From an uncultured Isosphaeraceae bacterium (lineage in GTDB: Bacteria; Planctomycetota; Planctomycetia; Isosphaerales; Isosphaeraceae): DNA of 64,000 bases. A model generated the notes under the pieces. That model did no database searches. It was not told the DNA's origin and saw nothing but the letters and a program-made list of their open reading frames with translations. Where the stretch lies: contig CAWKNT010000007.1 in assembly GCA_963850935.1 (NCBI GenBank), positions 153,172 to 217,171 of the forward strand, written 5' to 3'. Each line of letters opens with the position of its first letter. Position 1 is the first letter of the stretch. Made by a program: the position numbers and the translations under genes. This document shows, piece by piece, positions 41,727 to 53,654 of this stretch.

Positions 41727-44700
41727 ATGGAGCAACCGGCGAAGGGGATCGACGTGGACAATGTGAATCAAGATCTGCTGGTCGCGGTTCTGGCAATATT
41801 GACGGACGCCGTTCCTCGCCCAGCTCTGGCCGAGGCTTTGAAGGCCTGGACCGACCGAAAGGGGCAGCGTCTGGCTCTGTGGCTCAAGGAATCGGCCGGA
41901 CTCGATGACCAACGCATCCACGCACTTGAATGTCTTGCATTGGCGCACTTGGAAGCGCACCAGAACGACCTGCGTAAGAGCCTGGACTCGTGGAATGCAT
42001 TTGAACTGACGCAGGGGATGCTTACCGAGATCGAAGACGACGGGCTGCGTACGACACTCGGTGCTTCACTTGACAGCAACGCGACCTTGCCATTCAACGG
42101 CGGATCGCAAGCAGCGGCTGGCTTCTCGTTCATGAACTTGCCGCAACGCGGCAATGAAGGTGAACGCTACCAACTGCTTCGTCCCCATGCGAAGGGTGGC
42201 ATCGGCCAGGTCTGGGTGGCGCGCGATAGCGAACTGCAGCGCGACGTGGCACTGAAAGAGATTCAGCCCTGCTATGCCGAGCGTGAAGATCAGCGAGCCC
42301 GGTTCATGCTCGAGGCAGAGATTACGGGCAATCTTGAGCATCCCGGTGTCGTACCGGTGTACAGCCTGGGTCGAAGTGCCGATGGTCGCCCTTATTACGC
42401 GATGCGGTTCATTCGAGGCGAGAGCTTTTCGGTGGCCATCAGGCGATTTCACCAGGGCCGGAACGAAGCCGGCGCGGCGACGTCCGCGAGGACGCGGCCA
42501 CTGTTGGGTGTCGAGTTTCAGCAGTTGATCCGGCGGTTTCTCGACGTGTGCGACGCGATGGATTATGCGCATAGCCGGGGAGTTATTCACCGCGATTTGA
42601 AGCCGGCAAACGTCATGCTGGGGCGTTATGGCGAGACGCTGGTTGTTGACTGGGGTCTGGCCAAGGTGATCGGCAGGAACGACGTCATCCCGGCGCCGAC
42701 GGATGAGGAGGCCGAGCCGAGTTTCTCGGAAGCCACGTTGACAACGTCCGGAGACACGCAGCCAGGTACAACCATTGGTACGCCGGCGTACATGAGCCCG
42801 GAACAGGCTCGTGGCGACATCGAACAGCTTGGTCCAGCCAGCGACGTCTACAGCCTCGGGGCAACTCTTTACGAGATTTTGACCGGTCACGTTCCATTCC
42901 CGGATAAGAAGCTACCCGCGGTGGTCGAGAAAATCTTGAAAGGAGACTTTCCATCGCCACGAGCGGTCGAACCTGCGATACCGGCTGCGCTCGAAGCGAT
43001 TTGTTTGAAGGCGATGGCGGCGGAGCCGACTCGGCGTTACGAATCGGCGCGTGCGCTGGCGCAAGACATGGAGCACTGGCTGGCTGACGAGCCGGTGGCA
43101 GCCTATCCCGAAAGGCGACTCGAGCGGCTGGGACGCTGGCTGCGACAGCATCGAACCTGGACTGCCGCCGCGGTCGCCGCTCTGGTGGGGATCTCCGTGG
43201 TTGCGACGGTGGCCGCGGTCGTCGTCGAACAGTTAAGACGCCAGGAGTCCGACACACGCAAAGAGGCCGAGTCGAATTTCAAGATGGCCACGACCGCCGT
43301 AGAAGATTATCTAACGAGCGTCAGTGAAAACACGCTTCTAAAAGAGCAAGATTCGGTCGACATCCGGGGCCTCCGCCAGGAATTACTCACAAACGCACTT
43401 AAATACTACGAACGGTTCGCCAAAGAGCGGCAGCAACGACCCGGCCCTTCGAGAACAACTTGCTGACGCGTATTTCCGGGTCGGAGAAATCACCCACGAA
43501 ATCGATTCGCGGGAGCGGGCGATCAACGCGTTTCGCAAGGCCCAGACCATCTGGGAATCGTTGGTCAAGGCTAAACCCGAAAAGGATGAATTGAGCGGCC
43601 GTCTGGCCCAGTGCCATCTGGCCATCGGCAAGCAGCAAAGAGTGCTCGGTGACCTCAACGCGGCGATGGCCTCATTCATGGCATCCCGCATGATCCTCGA
43701 GGAACTCACCAATCGCAAACCGGAACAAGGATTTACAAGGCGAACCTGGCCGATTGCTACGCGCAGATCGGCATCATCCAGGGGCATGCTCGAATCCGGC
43801 GACAGCGGACTGGAGATCCTCGAGAAAGCGAAAAAGCTGCAGCAAGCGTTGATGAACCGTTTCCCCGCCAACACGGTATACAGGAAGCGAATGGCCGAGA
43901 TCATCAATGCTCTGAGTTTCGTTTACTCACAAAGGTTCGATTATACCAATGCGAGCCGCTGCTTCGAGGAAGTCCAACAGATCTGCCAGTCTCTCCTTTC
44001 CGAAATTGGGGAGGGCCCCAAGCCGGTCAGGCTCCTCGACCTGATGGCGCTTGCCCAGTACAACATGGCGGAAATTCACGAGGAAAATAGAAAGTTTGCC
44101 GCTGCCCTCGAGTTGTCCGAGAAATCGCTGGCGAACCGTAGAGCGCTCGTCGCAGCGCATTCGTCGGTAACGAGCTATCAGGAAAACCTCGGCAAGAGCT
44201 ATTGCCAGGTCGGCTCGCTGCAGCACAAAGCCGTCCGGAACGAAGAGGCGTTTGCCTCGCTGGCGAAATCGATCGCGATCCTCGAAAAGCTTACCGAGTC
44301 GGAGCCCGGACAGGCGCGCTACCACGCGGCACTTGCAAGAAGCTGGAACCTGCAGGGTTTCGTCCGGGACGAACTGGGCAAAAACGAGCAGGCAATTCCC
44401 GACTTCCAAAACGCGGTCGCCGAGCAGAAGGCAGCGATCATCCGATCGCCCGACGACAGTTCTTATAAGGTTTTTCTTGGCTGGTACCTTGAAAACTTAG
44501 GTGAGCAATTCGTCGACCTGGGCCAGGTGGAGGCCGGCCTGCCTTATTACCTGGAAGCACGCGACCGGCGCCGCCAGCTCCACGACAGCCACCCGGAAAA
44601 GGACGAGTACTCTGAGATCTTGGGCAACGGTCTTACAGCGTTGGGGGTCATCTATCGCCATGCCGGTGACCGCGACGCTGCTCGCGACACCTTGGCGGAG

Positions 44701-45294
44701 GCGCCGGATCCTGGAATCGCTCGCGCTCCAAGCGCCCGACGATCCGGCGCGGCAGGTCCGGCTCGCATTTGCCCTGACACGCGAGGCCGAGTCGCTCGCT
44801 GACTTCAAACAGACTGATGGGGCGCTAGAATTGCTCGACCGAGCCGTCAAAATTTGGTCGCAACTTGCCGTGAATTCAGCCACGGTTGAGCATTGGCGAG
44901 AGGGACTTTCCGAGTCTCTCTGGGAGCGTGCCCGGCTTTTGCGAACTCAGGGCAAATCCGTCGACGCCGAGAAGCTTGACGGCGATCGCGAAGCCCTGTG
45001 GAAGGGTCGAGCACCGGCGAGCTCGTTGCATTGGCCGGCGAGGAACTCAGCCGCGCGACGGTGATTGGCTACGGCAAGACGACTGTAAACGCCGACGGGA
45101 CCGCCGTTCGCCAGCTCGGATTGGATCTAGCTGCTGCGAATCTTCGCTTGGCCCTCACAATGGGATACAACGATCTGGGCACGATCCGATCTGATCCCCG
45201 CTTTGCACTTTTGCTATCACGTGACGATCTCCAACCGCAACTCAAGGAGCGGGAAACGAAGAATCGTCCCGGCTTAAGCGCTCCCCCACAGTAA
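41727..45294 (+). CDS. Ser/Thr protein kinase with single TM segment and large C-terminal (predicted extracytoplasmic) TPR-repeat domain; 3 apparent frameshifts
   Basis: ORF 41727..43466 reads ...GGIGQVWVARD...HRDLKPANVML...DWGLAK...GTPAYMSPEQ..., TM WTAAAVAALVGISVVATVAAVVV. ORFs 43561..44802, 44501..45064 and 44998..45294 are TPR-like repeats. Confidence 0.8.
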
Positions 45295-45405
45295 GTCGAT
45301 CGAGGCGATTGTTCCGCGCCGACGAACGACCGCGTGCTGACGGTCAGAACGTAGCACAACTGCTGATGGTCCGATTTTGGTCTTTAATTTAATTGCAACA
45401 TTTTC

Positions 45406-45430
45406 CAAAAACGTGTTATATCAGACTGGT
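45406..45430 (+). promoter_or_regulatory. conserved upstream motif CAAAAACGTGTTATATCAGACTGG (site 2 of 2; 59 nt before the peptide start), with possible -35 TTGCAA at 45394-45399
   Basis: See site 1. TTGCAAC, then 18 nt, then TATATC is promoter-like. An AT-rich tract (tttaatttaatt) lies immediately upstream. Confidence 0.4.
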
Positions 45431-45486
45431 CGCCATCGTATTTGTCATAGGTACGGGATTAAAAACTCTCTTTCGCGGAGTCAAAG

Positions 45487-45660
45487 ATGACCAATCAACC
45501 GAAAGACACAACAAAGCCGGCTGATCGGCCTGATAAGAAGAAATCAGAGACGGTGCAGCTGACACCTGAGGATCTTCGTGCCATTTCCGGTGGGGCCAAG
45601 GGACCCGGCACTGGGCACATCGTTCAGCCTGACGTCAAGGTTGCCACACCAAAGAAATAG
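45487..45660 (+). CDS. double-glycine leader peptide precursor (57 aa): MTNQPKDTTKPADRPDKKKSETVQLTPEDLRAISGG | AKGPGTGHIVQPDVKVATPKK
   Basis: Not in the ORF track (below 60 aa). ATG with GGAG 8 nt upstream. LTPEDLRAISGG fits the GG-leader consensus (L-x-x-E/D-L-x-x-I-x-G-G) cleaved by C39 peptidase ABC transporters. A terminator hairpin follows, then the HlyD/C39-ABC genes 150 nt downstream. The 21-aa predicted core is Cys-free and Lys/Pro/Gly-rich. Confidence 0.6.
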   Translation: MTNQPKDTTKPADRPDKKKSETVQLTPEDLRAISGGAKGPGTGHIVQPDVKVATPKK

Positions 45661-45737
45661 TCGCGCAAGGTTGCCGCTACGTCGCGTCCTCGTAGAACCC
45701 GACCTTTGCCTGCCGTACAGACGCCTTTTTCAGGCAA

Positions 45738-45774
45738 GCCCCCGCCGCAGTTTGCGGCGCCGGGGCCTTTTTTT
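45738..45774 (+). terminator. rho-independent terminator or attenuator between the peptide gene and hlyD
   Basis: GC-rich hairpin (gccccc-gccgca-gtt-tgcggc-gccgggg) followed by T7 at 45768-45774. Confidence 0.5.
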
Positions 45775-45811
45775 GTTGCCTACACATCTGGTTTCGTAGC
45801 GGGGTGCGGCA

Positions 45812-47146
45812 ATGAGCGATCTGGTTGTTGCGACGAGCAGTGCGGCGCCGGACCCGGCCAGAACCTCATTCGACCAGTTGGATCGGCTCGTTCGCGTGAC
45901 GACGATCCATGGTTGGGTGTATTTGGGTACGATCTTCCTGGTGTGCATCGGCGGTGGCTTTTTCTCTTTTGTATCAGGTTCCAACCAAAGTTTTCGGAGA
46001 AGGAATCCTTCTCATCGATGGCGACAGCCTTTCGCAGATACGAGCGCAGGCGACAGGAAGGCTCGCGACGCTGAAAATCAATATAGGAAAGGAAGTTGCA
46101 CCGGGGGACTTGATCGGTGAGATTTCACAAGACGAGCTCAAAGACGCGATTCAAGAGGCCGAACTTAAGCTGAAGGACGCCGAACGCGAGGACGCAGAGC
46201 TCACGCTATTCGAAGAGAAAGAGCGGAATCGGCGAAGCGAGGCCATCGGTCGTGTGAAACGGGCCGTCACACTTGCTCGTGAGACGTCGAACGAAAAGTT
46301 GCGCATCGCCAAACGAGTTGACGCTAGCAACGACCGACTGCACGCTCAGAAATATCTGGGTGACACGGAGCTGCTCGAATCGAAGGAGAAACTCTTTGAA
46401 ATCAAGGATGACTTGAACAAGGGTGAATCAAAGCTCGCTGAGCTAGATCTAGAGACGACTTTAACGGACTATACGCGCAAGAGGCCAGCTCGAGCGGCGG
46501 CTCAAGATCAGTCAGTTGCGGAACAAGCTGACACTTGACCGCGAGAAGCTAAATCGGACTTCGCAAATCATCAGCAAACTGCACGGACATGTCGCCGATG
46601 TGTTAAGCGCGCGAGGCGAGCTGATCCACGAGGGTTCGCCGGTGGTCTTGCTCCATTCACCCCGGGCAGATCGCGGCATCGAGGAGGCCGGGCTCTCGTA
46701 CGAATCGATCCTTTTTGTGCCCGCCGGCGTGGGGAAGAAAATCAGCGTTGGCGATGATGTCGAGCTGAGCCCGGCGACCGTGAAGCGCGAAGAGCACGGC
46801 TATATTAAGGGAAAAGTTGCTGCAATTTCAGAGCTGCCGGCCACCAGGCTGGCAATGGAAACCATGCTCGAACATCCGCAACTGGTCGACGCCTTTCTCA
46901 AGAGGTATGCCCCGGGCGTTTTGCTGCGCGTCGACGTCAAGCTCAAGGAAAGAAAGATCGCCAAGGCATCGGGCGCCGGTCCGCCACAAACCGTTCGTGG
47001 CAATCGGTTCGAAATGGTCGTCGTCGTCGGGACGCGCCCAGCCGCTCAAGACCGGGACGATGTGTAAGGCGGCGATCGTCGTCGAGAAGCGACAGTTGAT
47101 CAGTATGATACTCCCGTGGACCAAGAGAGTCGCGTGGACGGAGTAG
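45812..47146 (+). CDS. HlyD-family periplasmic adaptor (NHLM-type bacteriocin-system secretion protein); 2 apparent frameshifts
   Basis: N-terminal TM IHGWVYLGTIFLVCIGGG (shift in a t5 run near 45960). Coiled-coil region ...LKLKDAEREDAELTLFEEKERNRR.... C-terminus ...GTMCKAAIVVEKRQLISMILPWTKRV in ORF 46817..47146. Confidence 0.7.
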
Positions 47147-47316
47147 ATCGCCCCCGGAATTCCCGTTCCTTTGCAGCAACGGCTCGCCGTGTTGCCTGCC
47201 GCGCTCGTGCATAATTGATGTCGGGATCTAGTCCGGCGGCCGAGCACGGCGGACAAACCCGATGAACGCGGCGCACGGTAATCTGGCAGCAGGGCTCTTG
47301 CGGGAGGCGGTAAGGC

Positions 47317-49624
47317 ATGGCTAGTGCGGCACCTCGCAAGTACCGCCCGGTCCGCACGCCTACAGTCCTGCAAATGGAGGCGGCCGAATGCGGCGCCGCC
47401 GCGCTGGGAATCATACTGGAGTATCACGGCCGCTATGTTGCGTTGGACGTGCTGCGCGACGACTGTGGCGTCTCGCGTGATGGTAGTAACGCGTTTTACA
47501 TCAAGGAAGCCGCGCGGCGCTACGGACTGGAAGTCAAGGCTTTTCGCAAGCCTGCTGACGGTCTGTGGAACCGCCAGCCTCCGTTCGTCGTGTTCTGGGA
47601 GTGGAATCACTTCCTGGTAGTCGAGGGGTTCCGGCGCGGCAAGGTCTATCTGAACGATCCTGCCAGTGGCCGACGGTCGATCGGTTTCGACGAATTCGAG
47701 CGTGGCTACAGCGGAATAGCCTTTACTTTCGTGCCCGGCCCCCAGTTTGAGAAAAAAGGGAGGCGGCCCAGCGCAGTTCGCGGTCTGGCGCGGCGGCTGT
47801 CAACCTCCAAGACGGCGCTGGTCTTTGTAATCCTGGCCGGTTTGGCGCTCGTCATCCCCAATCTGGTCTCGGCCGCGTTTCAGCGCGTTTACATGGATGA
47901 GATTCTGATCGAAGGGCACCACGAATGGCTCAAGCCGCTGTTGTGGGCTATGGCCTTGACGGCGGCACTGCGGCTCGTTGCGGCGGCGCTCGAACAGGTC
48001 TACCTGACCCGCCTGGAAATTCGGCTGACCGTGGTCGAATCGATCGAATTCATGTGGCATGTCTTGCGGCTGCCTCTCGCATTTTTTCAACATCGTTGGA
48101 CCGGAGATGTCGTCAGCAGGGCGGCGAGCACGGCGCGGGTAGCTCGACTGATCTCGGGCGACCTGGCAACCACAACTGTCAGTTTGCTGACACTGGCGGT
48201 TTATGTCGCCGTGATGCTCCCCCGAGACGCTTTACTCGCTGCCGTCGGCGTGGGTTTCAGCAGTCTGAACCTGGTAGGCATCCAGTGGTTTGGCCGCTGG
48301 CGGGCCGATCGAAATCGGACGATCGAGCAGATCCGGGGACGGCTCCTGGCGGGCGTGATGTGGGCGATCCAGATCATTGAGAGTGTCAAGGCCGCCGGTT
48401 CCGAGTCGGATCTACTCGTTCGCTGGAGCGGCGAGCAGGCGCGCATGATCAACGAAGAGCAAGCGCTGGGCTTTTGCGATACGCTCTTGCTGGTTCTGCC
48501 CTCGTTTCTCGCAAGTTTGACGGCGATCGTCGTCTTGGGATTGGGGGGCGGGGAAGTCATCGTCGGCAGCCTGAGCGTCGGACTATCTGGTGGCATTTCA
48601 GTCGTTGCTGGCCAATTTCAACCAACCGTTCCGCGACCTGGCGCGGCTTGGGTCCGAAGTCCAGGAGCTTCGCGCCGACCTGGACCGCATCGACGATGTC
48701 CGCAACCGGCCGCTGGACCCGGTCTTTGCATCGGTGAAGTCGACTCCGCCTGATGCGGGCAACGAATTCGTGGACATCGACCGAGCCGTAGGGCGACGCC
48801 TCTGAGCGGCACATCGAATTCCGGCAAGTGACATTTGGTTACAACCGAACGGTCGAAGAACCGTTGATCAAGGATTTCTCCTTCGTGGCGCGGCCAGGCC
48901 AGCGGATCGCGCTCGTCGGCAGCTCGGGAAGCGGAAAATCGACCATCGGACGCCTAGCCGCCGGGCTTTACACAGCCGTGGAGTGGCGAGATCCTCTACG
49001 ACGGCAAGCCCTTGGCCGCGGCTGCCGCGTGCGATGTTTGTCAGCATCGGTCGAGCTGGTGGACTCGGAGATCTGCCTGTTCGAGGGCTCCGTCCGCGAA
49101 AACCTGACTCTTTGGGACGAGATGGTTCCGTCGGAACGATTGATCCAGGCCGGTGTCGACGCGGCGATCCACGGCGACCTGCTTGCAGCGCAGGGGCGGA
49201 TACAGCGCGGCCGTCAGCGAGCAGGGGCGAAATTTCTCCGGCGGCCAGCGCCAGCGGCTGCAAATCGCCCGGGCGCTGGTGCGCGATCCCAGCCTCTTGA
49301 TTCTCGACGAGGCCACAAGCGCGCTTGACCCGAAGACCGAGATGATCGTCGACGACAACCTGCGGCGCCGAGGCTGCACCTGCCTGATCATTGCCCACCG
49401 GCTCACGACGATCGCGACTGCGACGAGATCATCGTCCTTTCCGGCGGCCGCGTCGTCCAGCGCGGAACCCACGACGAACTGCTTGCGGCGAGCCAGGGCG
49501 AGTACGCCCGGCTGGTGTCGCATCAGGCGTTGCCCGGCCCCGCCGATCCAGTCGTTTTTCCCTGGTCAGACGCCCGAGCACCGATCAGGCGATCGTGCCG
49601 TTTCGAGGCGATCCGAGCGAGTGA
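47317..49624 (+). CDS. ABC transporter with N-terminal C39 peptidase domain (bacteriocin-processing, double-glycine type), TMD and NBD; 4 or more apparent frameshifts in the 3' half
   Basis: GGGAGG lies 9 nt upstream of ATG 47317. C39 motifs [16 protein letters not shown] (catalytic Cys), WNHFLVV (His) and NDPA (Asp). Six-TM ABC exporter domain. Walker [10 protein letters not shown] at 48828.., signature FSGGQRQRL, Walker [13 protein letters not shown] and IAHRLTTI lie in shifted frames. Confidence 0.8.
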
Positions 49625-49633
49625 GATTTCGAG

Positions 49634-52600
49634 CTGGTCGAGCTGCCACGTCGATCGAAGGGGCCGTCCCATTTCTCGATCAAGGCATCGGAACCAGCGC
49701 GGTTCATCGTCGAAGAGCTATTGCCTTATAGCCGGCCGGAGCAGACGGCCGCCAATCTTCCGCTCGCGCTCGACGATCCCGAAGCTGTCTGGTGGGTATC
49801 CTCGGGGAGTGTCGACGTTTTTTTCACGCAGTTCGAGCCCGGCGTTGACGGCGGGCCGGAGGCGCCATCTGTGCCGGGTCGAGGAAGGGGGCTCGATCTT
49901 CGCGATCAGCGGCGTACGCGGTCGATCGGGCGGCGGCCTGCTTGCCGTCGGGGCCGGGCCGGCGCAGCTCTTGAAGTTTGCCCGGGGCGACTTGATCCGG
50001 CTGAGCTTCGAGGAAGGTCTCTCCGAACAGGTCGCGGTGCTTGATCGACGACTGGGTGATCCGCGTCGGCCGGGCGTTGGCCCGATCCGCCGGGCTCGCA
50101 ACGCGCCAGAGCTGGAGCCCGGCGGCATCGCCGAGTTCGAACGCGAGACTCGTTTTGGCGTGCGCGAGGGAGTCGCCTGGGTCCGCCAACTGCTCGGTAC
50201 GTCGATGTTTCTCGACCGGGTGCCACTTCACGACGGCGAAATCGATACCCGTTTTCCTCTAACTGAGCATCTCTGGCTGACGGCGGTGACGTCGTGCCGG
50301 GTGACCGTTTGCGACACCACCGCCATGATTCGCACGGGTGATCCCTGGGCGGGGCTCGACGACTTTCACCGCGCCATTCTCGATTTTATAGCAGTATTGG
50401 ATGAGCAAGAAACGCAGACTCGTTGGGTGGAATTCGAGCGGTCGATCGCCCATGAGACTGCGCTCGTGCAATCGGCGTCGTCGCGGCTGGCGGCCGCGGC
50501 CAACACGGCGTCCCTTTCGGCAGTAGATCCTGGCGGCGATGCACTAGTGACCGCGTGCCGCGCGGTAGGACAAGACATGGGGATCGAGGTCCGTGCGCGG
50601 CAATCAAGCGGCGATGAATTTTGTCGGACCTTCGAACGACCCGCTGGGAGACCTGGCGCGGACCGGAGGTTTTCACGTCCGCCCAGTCATGCTCGCCGAC
50701 GGCTGGTGGCGCCGGCATGGAGGCGACCCGCTCTTGGGACGAATGGTCGACGACGGACAAGCACCGGTGGCACTTGTGCCGGTCCGGTCGGGTACCGGCT
50801 GGTTCGGGCCGGCTTACGAGATTCACGATAGAAATGGTGGCCGCCAACCCGTCGATCTCGATGTCGCCAGCCGCGTCGCTCCCACGGCGTGGATGTTTTA
50901 CCGGACGCTCCCGGACCGTGCGACTGGGCAGGCCCGACCTGGTGCGCTTTAGCCTGAGCATACCCGGGCTGAAGCACGAGCTTGCGATGGTGATCGCCAT
51001 GGCCGTCTTGGGCGCGATTCTGGGCTTGTCGATTCCCATGGCCTCCGGGATCATCGTCGATCAGGTACTGCCGCCAGCCGATCTTCGCCAGCTCACAATC
51101 GTCTGCCTGTTCCTCGTGGTCATGATCGTCGCGGCAACGATTTTCCAGGCGATCCAGGGGCTCGTGGTATTGCGCATCGAGGGGCGCGTCTCCGCGACGC
51201 TTGATTCCCGCATTCTGGGATCGTCTGCTCCGGCTCCCTAGCCGGTTCTTCGCCCGGTTTTCCTCGGGCGACCTCGCGGTGCGGGCGATGGAATTGAGCG
51301 AGGTTTTCAAAAAGGTCTCCGGCGCGGTCGTGGCCACCGTCGTCACGGGATTCTTCTCGTTCTTCAATCTCGCCCTCCTCTTCTTTTACAGTTGGAAGAT
51401 GGCCGCTTGCACGACATTTCTACTTGCGGTCTTGTTCGCTGTAACGGCGTTATTACTTGGGGGGCTGCTCCGGCATGAGAGCGCGATCCGTGCCATTGAT
51501 GGTTCGATCTCCGGCTTGCTATTGGAGCTGTTGGGCGGCATACAGCACGCTGCGGACCGGCGGCGCCGAGGGCCGCGCGTTCGCGCGGTGGGCACGCCGC
51601 TACACCGAACGGCTCGCGCTGGCGATCCGTGCCCGGCGATTTTCGAGCGGCATTCATCAGTGGTTTGCCGTTTATCCGATCTTGACCGCCATGGTCGTTT
51701 ACATCGGGGCGATTCACATCGACCCCGACCTGCTCAATGCGGGCAGCTTTCTCGCCTTCAACATCGCCTTTGCCAACCTCATGGCCGCCGTGCTAGACGT
51801 CGGCTACACGTCGATCGGCCTGCTGGAGCTGATCCCTCGATATGAACGTCTCAGGCCGATCCTGGACGAGCAGCCCGAGTTTGCCGCGGCATTAATCGAA
51901 CCGGTTCGCCTCATGGGCGCACTTGCGCTCAACCACGTTTCGTTTCGTTATCCCGGCCAAGAGAAAGGGGCGAAGGTTCTCGACAACGTCAGTCTTCAGG
52001 TCCGCCCGGGCGAATTCGTGGCGATCGTCGGCCCATCAGGCTCCGGAAAATCGACATTGATGCGTCTCTTGCTGGGATTCGAGACTCCCGATGTAGGCTC
52101 TGTCACTTATGACGGCCGCGAGCTGGCCACTCTCGATCCGCGCGAGGTGCGGCGCCAGATCGGGGTCGTGCTGCAACATTCCGCAGCTCATGCCGAGCGA
52201 CATCTTCAACAACATCGTCGGGTTCGCTCCCCTTCTGACCATGGACGACGCCTGGGCGGCCGCGCGCTTGGCCGGCCTGGAGGACGACATCCGCCGCATG
52301 CCCATGGGAATGTACACCCTCGTAGGTGAAGGCGGCGGAAACCTCTCCAGCGGCCAGAAGCAGCGGCTATTGATCGCCCGGGCGATCGTGCGCCGTCCCA
52401 AGATCCTCTTGCTCGACGAGGCGACAAGCGCACTCGACAATGTTACTCAGGCGATCGTCAGCGACAGCATCACCGAGAAGCTGAAGGGAGTCACCCGCGT
52501 CGTGATCGCCCATCGGCTCGATGCGATCGTGAACGCCGATCGTATCTATGTGCTTAAGGACGGCCGTATCGTCCAGTCTGGGCAGTATCAGCAGTTGATG

Positions 52601-52648
52601 GAGGAACCAGGCCCATTCCGAGACCTGGCCCGCCGTCAGGTGATCTGA
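49634..52648 (+). CDS. second ABC transporter (permease/ATPase) with N-terminal cyclic-nucleotide-binding-like domain (NHLM bacteriocin-system type); 4 or more apparent frameshifts
   Basis: N-terminus ...[32 protein letters not shown]... / ...[16 protein letters not shown]... (cNMP-binding-like beta-barrel). TMD pieces are in ORFs 50621.., 51201.. and 51457... [20 protein letters not shown]...[32 protein letters not shown]...VIAHRL... ends at 52648. Start is uncertain. Confidence 0.7.
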
Positions 52649-52732
52649 ACGCTGACCTCCTGTCCGCGGGTTGCCCAACGACGCGTGAAAAGGACGTCTT
52701 TCGTCGGGCCAAATTCCGGCGGCCTTGGATCC

Positions 52733-53654
52733 TTAGTTCGCCGTAGCGAGTGGTCCCTGGGGCGTGGCTTTGCCTACGGCGGTCGTTTGATGCTGCTTTG
52801 GTACGATCTTGATCAAGAATGGAGGACCGATGCGGCTGATGTGGCCGACTGTGTCGACTGCTTGAAGCCGGTATTCGTGCACGCCGATGGTCTGGGGCGT
52901 CGTGATCTGAACCTTGTAGTTGTTGTTCCGGGCGGCAAAACTCTGACCGACCACAACGCCTTCGGATGTGACGACCTGGATAGCGGTGTGGTAATGGTAG
53001 GTGCCCACGAGGATTGGGCGCTCGAGCGGCGTCTTGAAGTGCTGTGGGCCGGCATTGATTCCAGTGTCACTCTTCAGTTTCGGAAGCTGCGGCGGAGGCA
53101 TGGGCCGGCCGATCGCCAGGGCGGTTTGTAGGACGAGCGTGGCGTCGTTGCTTGCCAGGTACACCGGCATGACGCTGGCAGTGTCGACCTGCGACATCAG
53201 TGTCTGGAGCGCCATTCGAGATGCCTGTGACCGACGACTCTGGCGCCTTGGCGTTGCGCAGAACTGCTGCAACCCCGTGGTTTAATACCGCGATGTCGGC
53301 GGGCGCAAGTGAGTCCTTGGGCATTACCTGGCGGATTTGATAGTTGAAGTTGTCGAGAACTTGGGGCACGGGTTTCTGGATCGAGTCCATCATGTTGAAC
53401 AACGCGCCCTGGATCTCCTGGATCTCAGCATTGGGTAGGAACCGTCCCGAGTGGATCTGGCCGAGATAATACGGCAGGTGCTCGATTCGCTTGGCCTTTT
53501 GTTCGTACGTGATCGGCACATTCAAATTGCTGGTGAGCTGAGCCCCGAACAACGTGAGGCCAGTCGAGGCTTGCAAGGCGCGACCTTCCAGTCCTTCCGC
53601 AGAAGGAACATACCGGCGGCGATTGATGGCGCGGAGCTTCTTTTGAAAGGTCAC
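52733..53654 (-). CDS. hypothetical secreted protein with LExRxLL-type N-terminus (one apparent frameshift)
   Basis: MTFQKKLRAINRRRYVPSAEGLEGRALQASTGLTLFGAQ... (ORF 53067..53654) continues in ORF 52733..53272. No recognizable domain. Confidence 0.4.

Noticed and set aside
42066-44409. Minus-strand ORFs 42066..42890, 42685..43257, 43383..43907, 43927..44409
   Set aside because: Antisense to the TPR receptor-kinase gene.
49718-51367. Minus-strand ORFs within the ABC transporter region (49718..50128, 49824..50231, 50386..51054, 50687..51367, 49041..49523)
   Set aside because: Antisense to genes with clear Walker, signature or C39 motifs on the plus strand.
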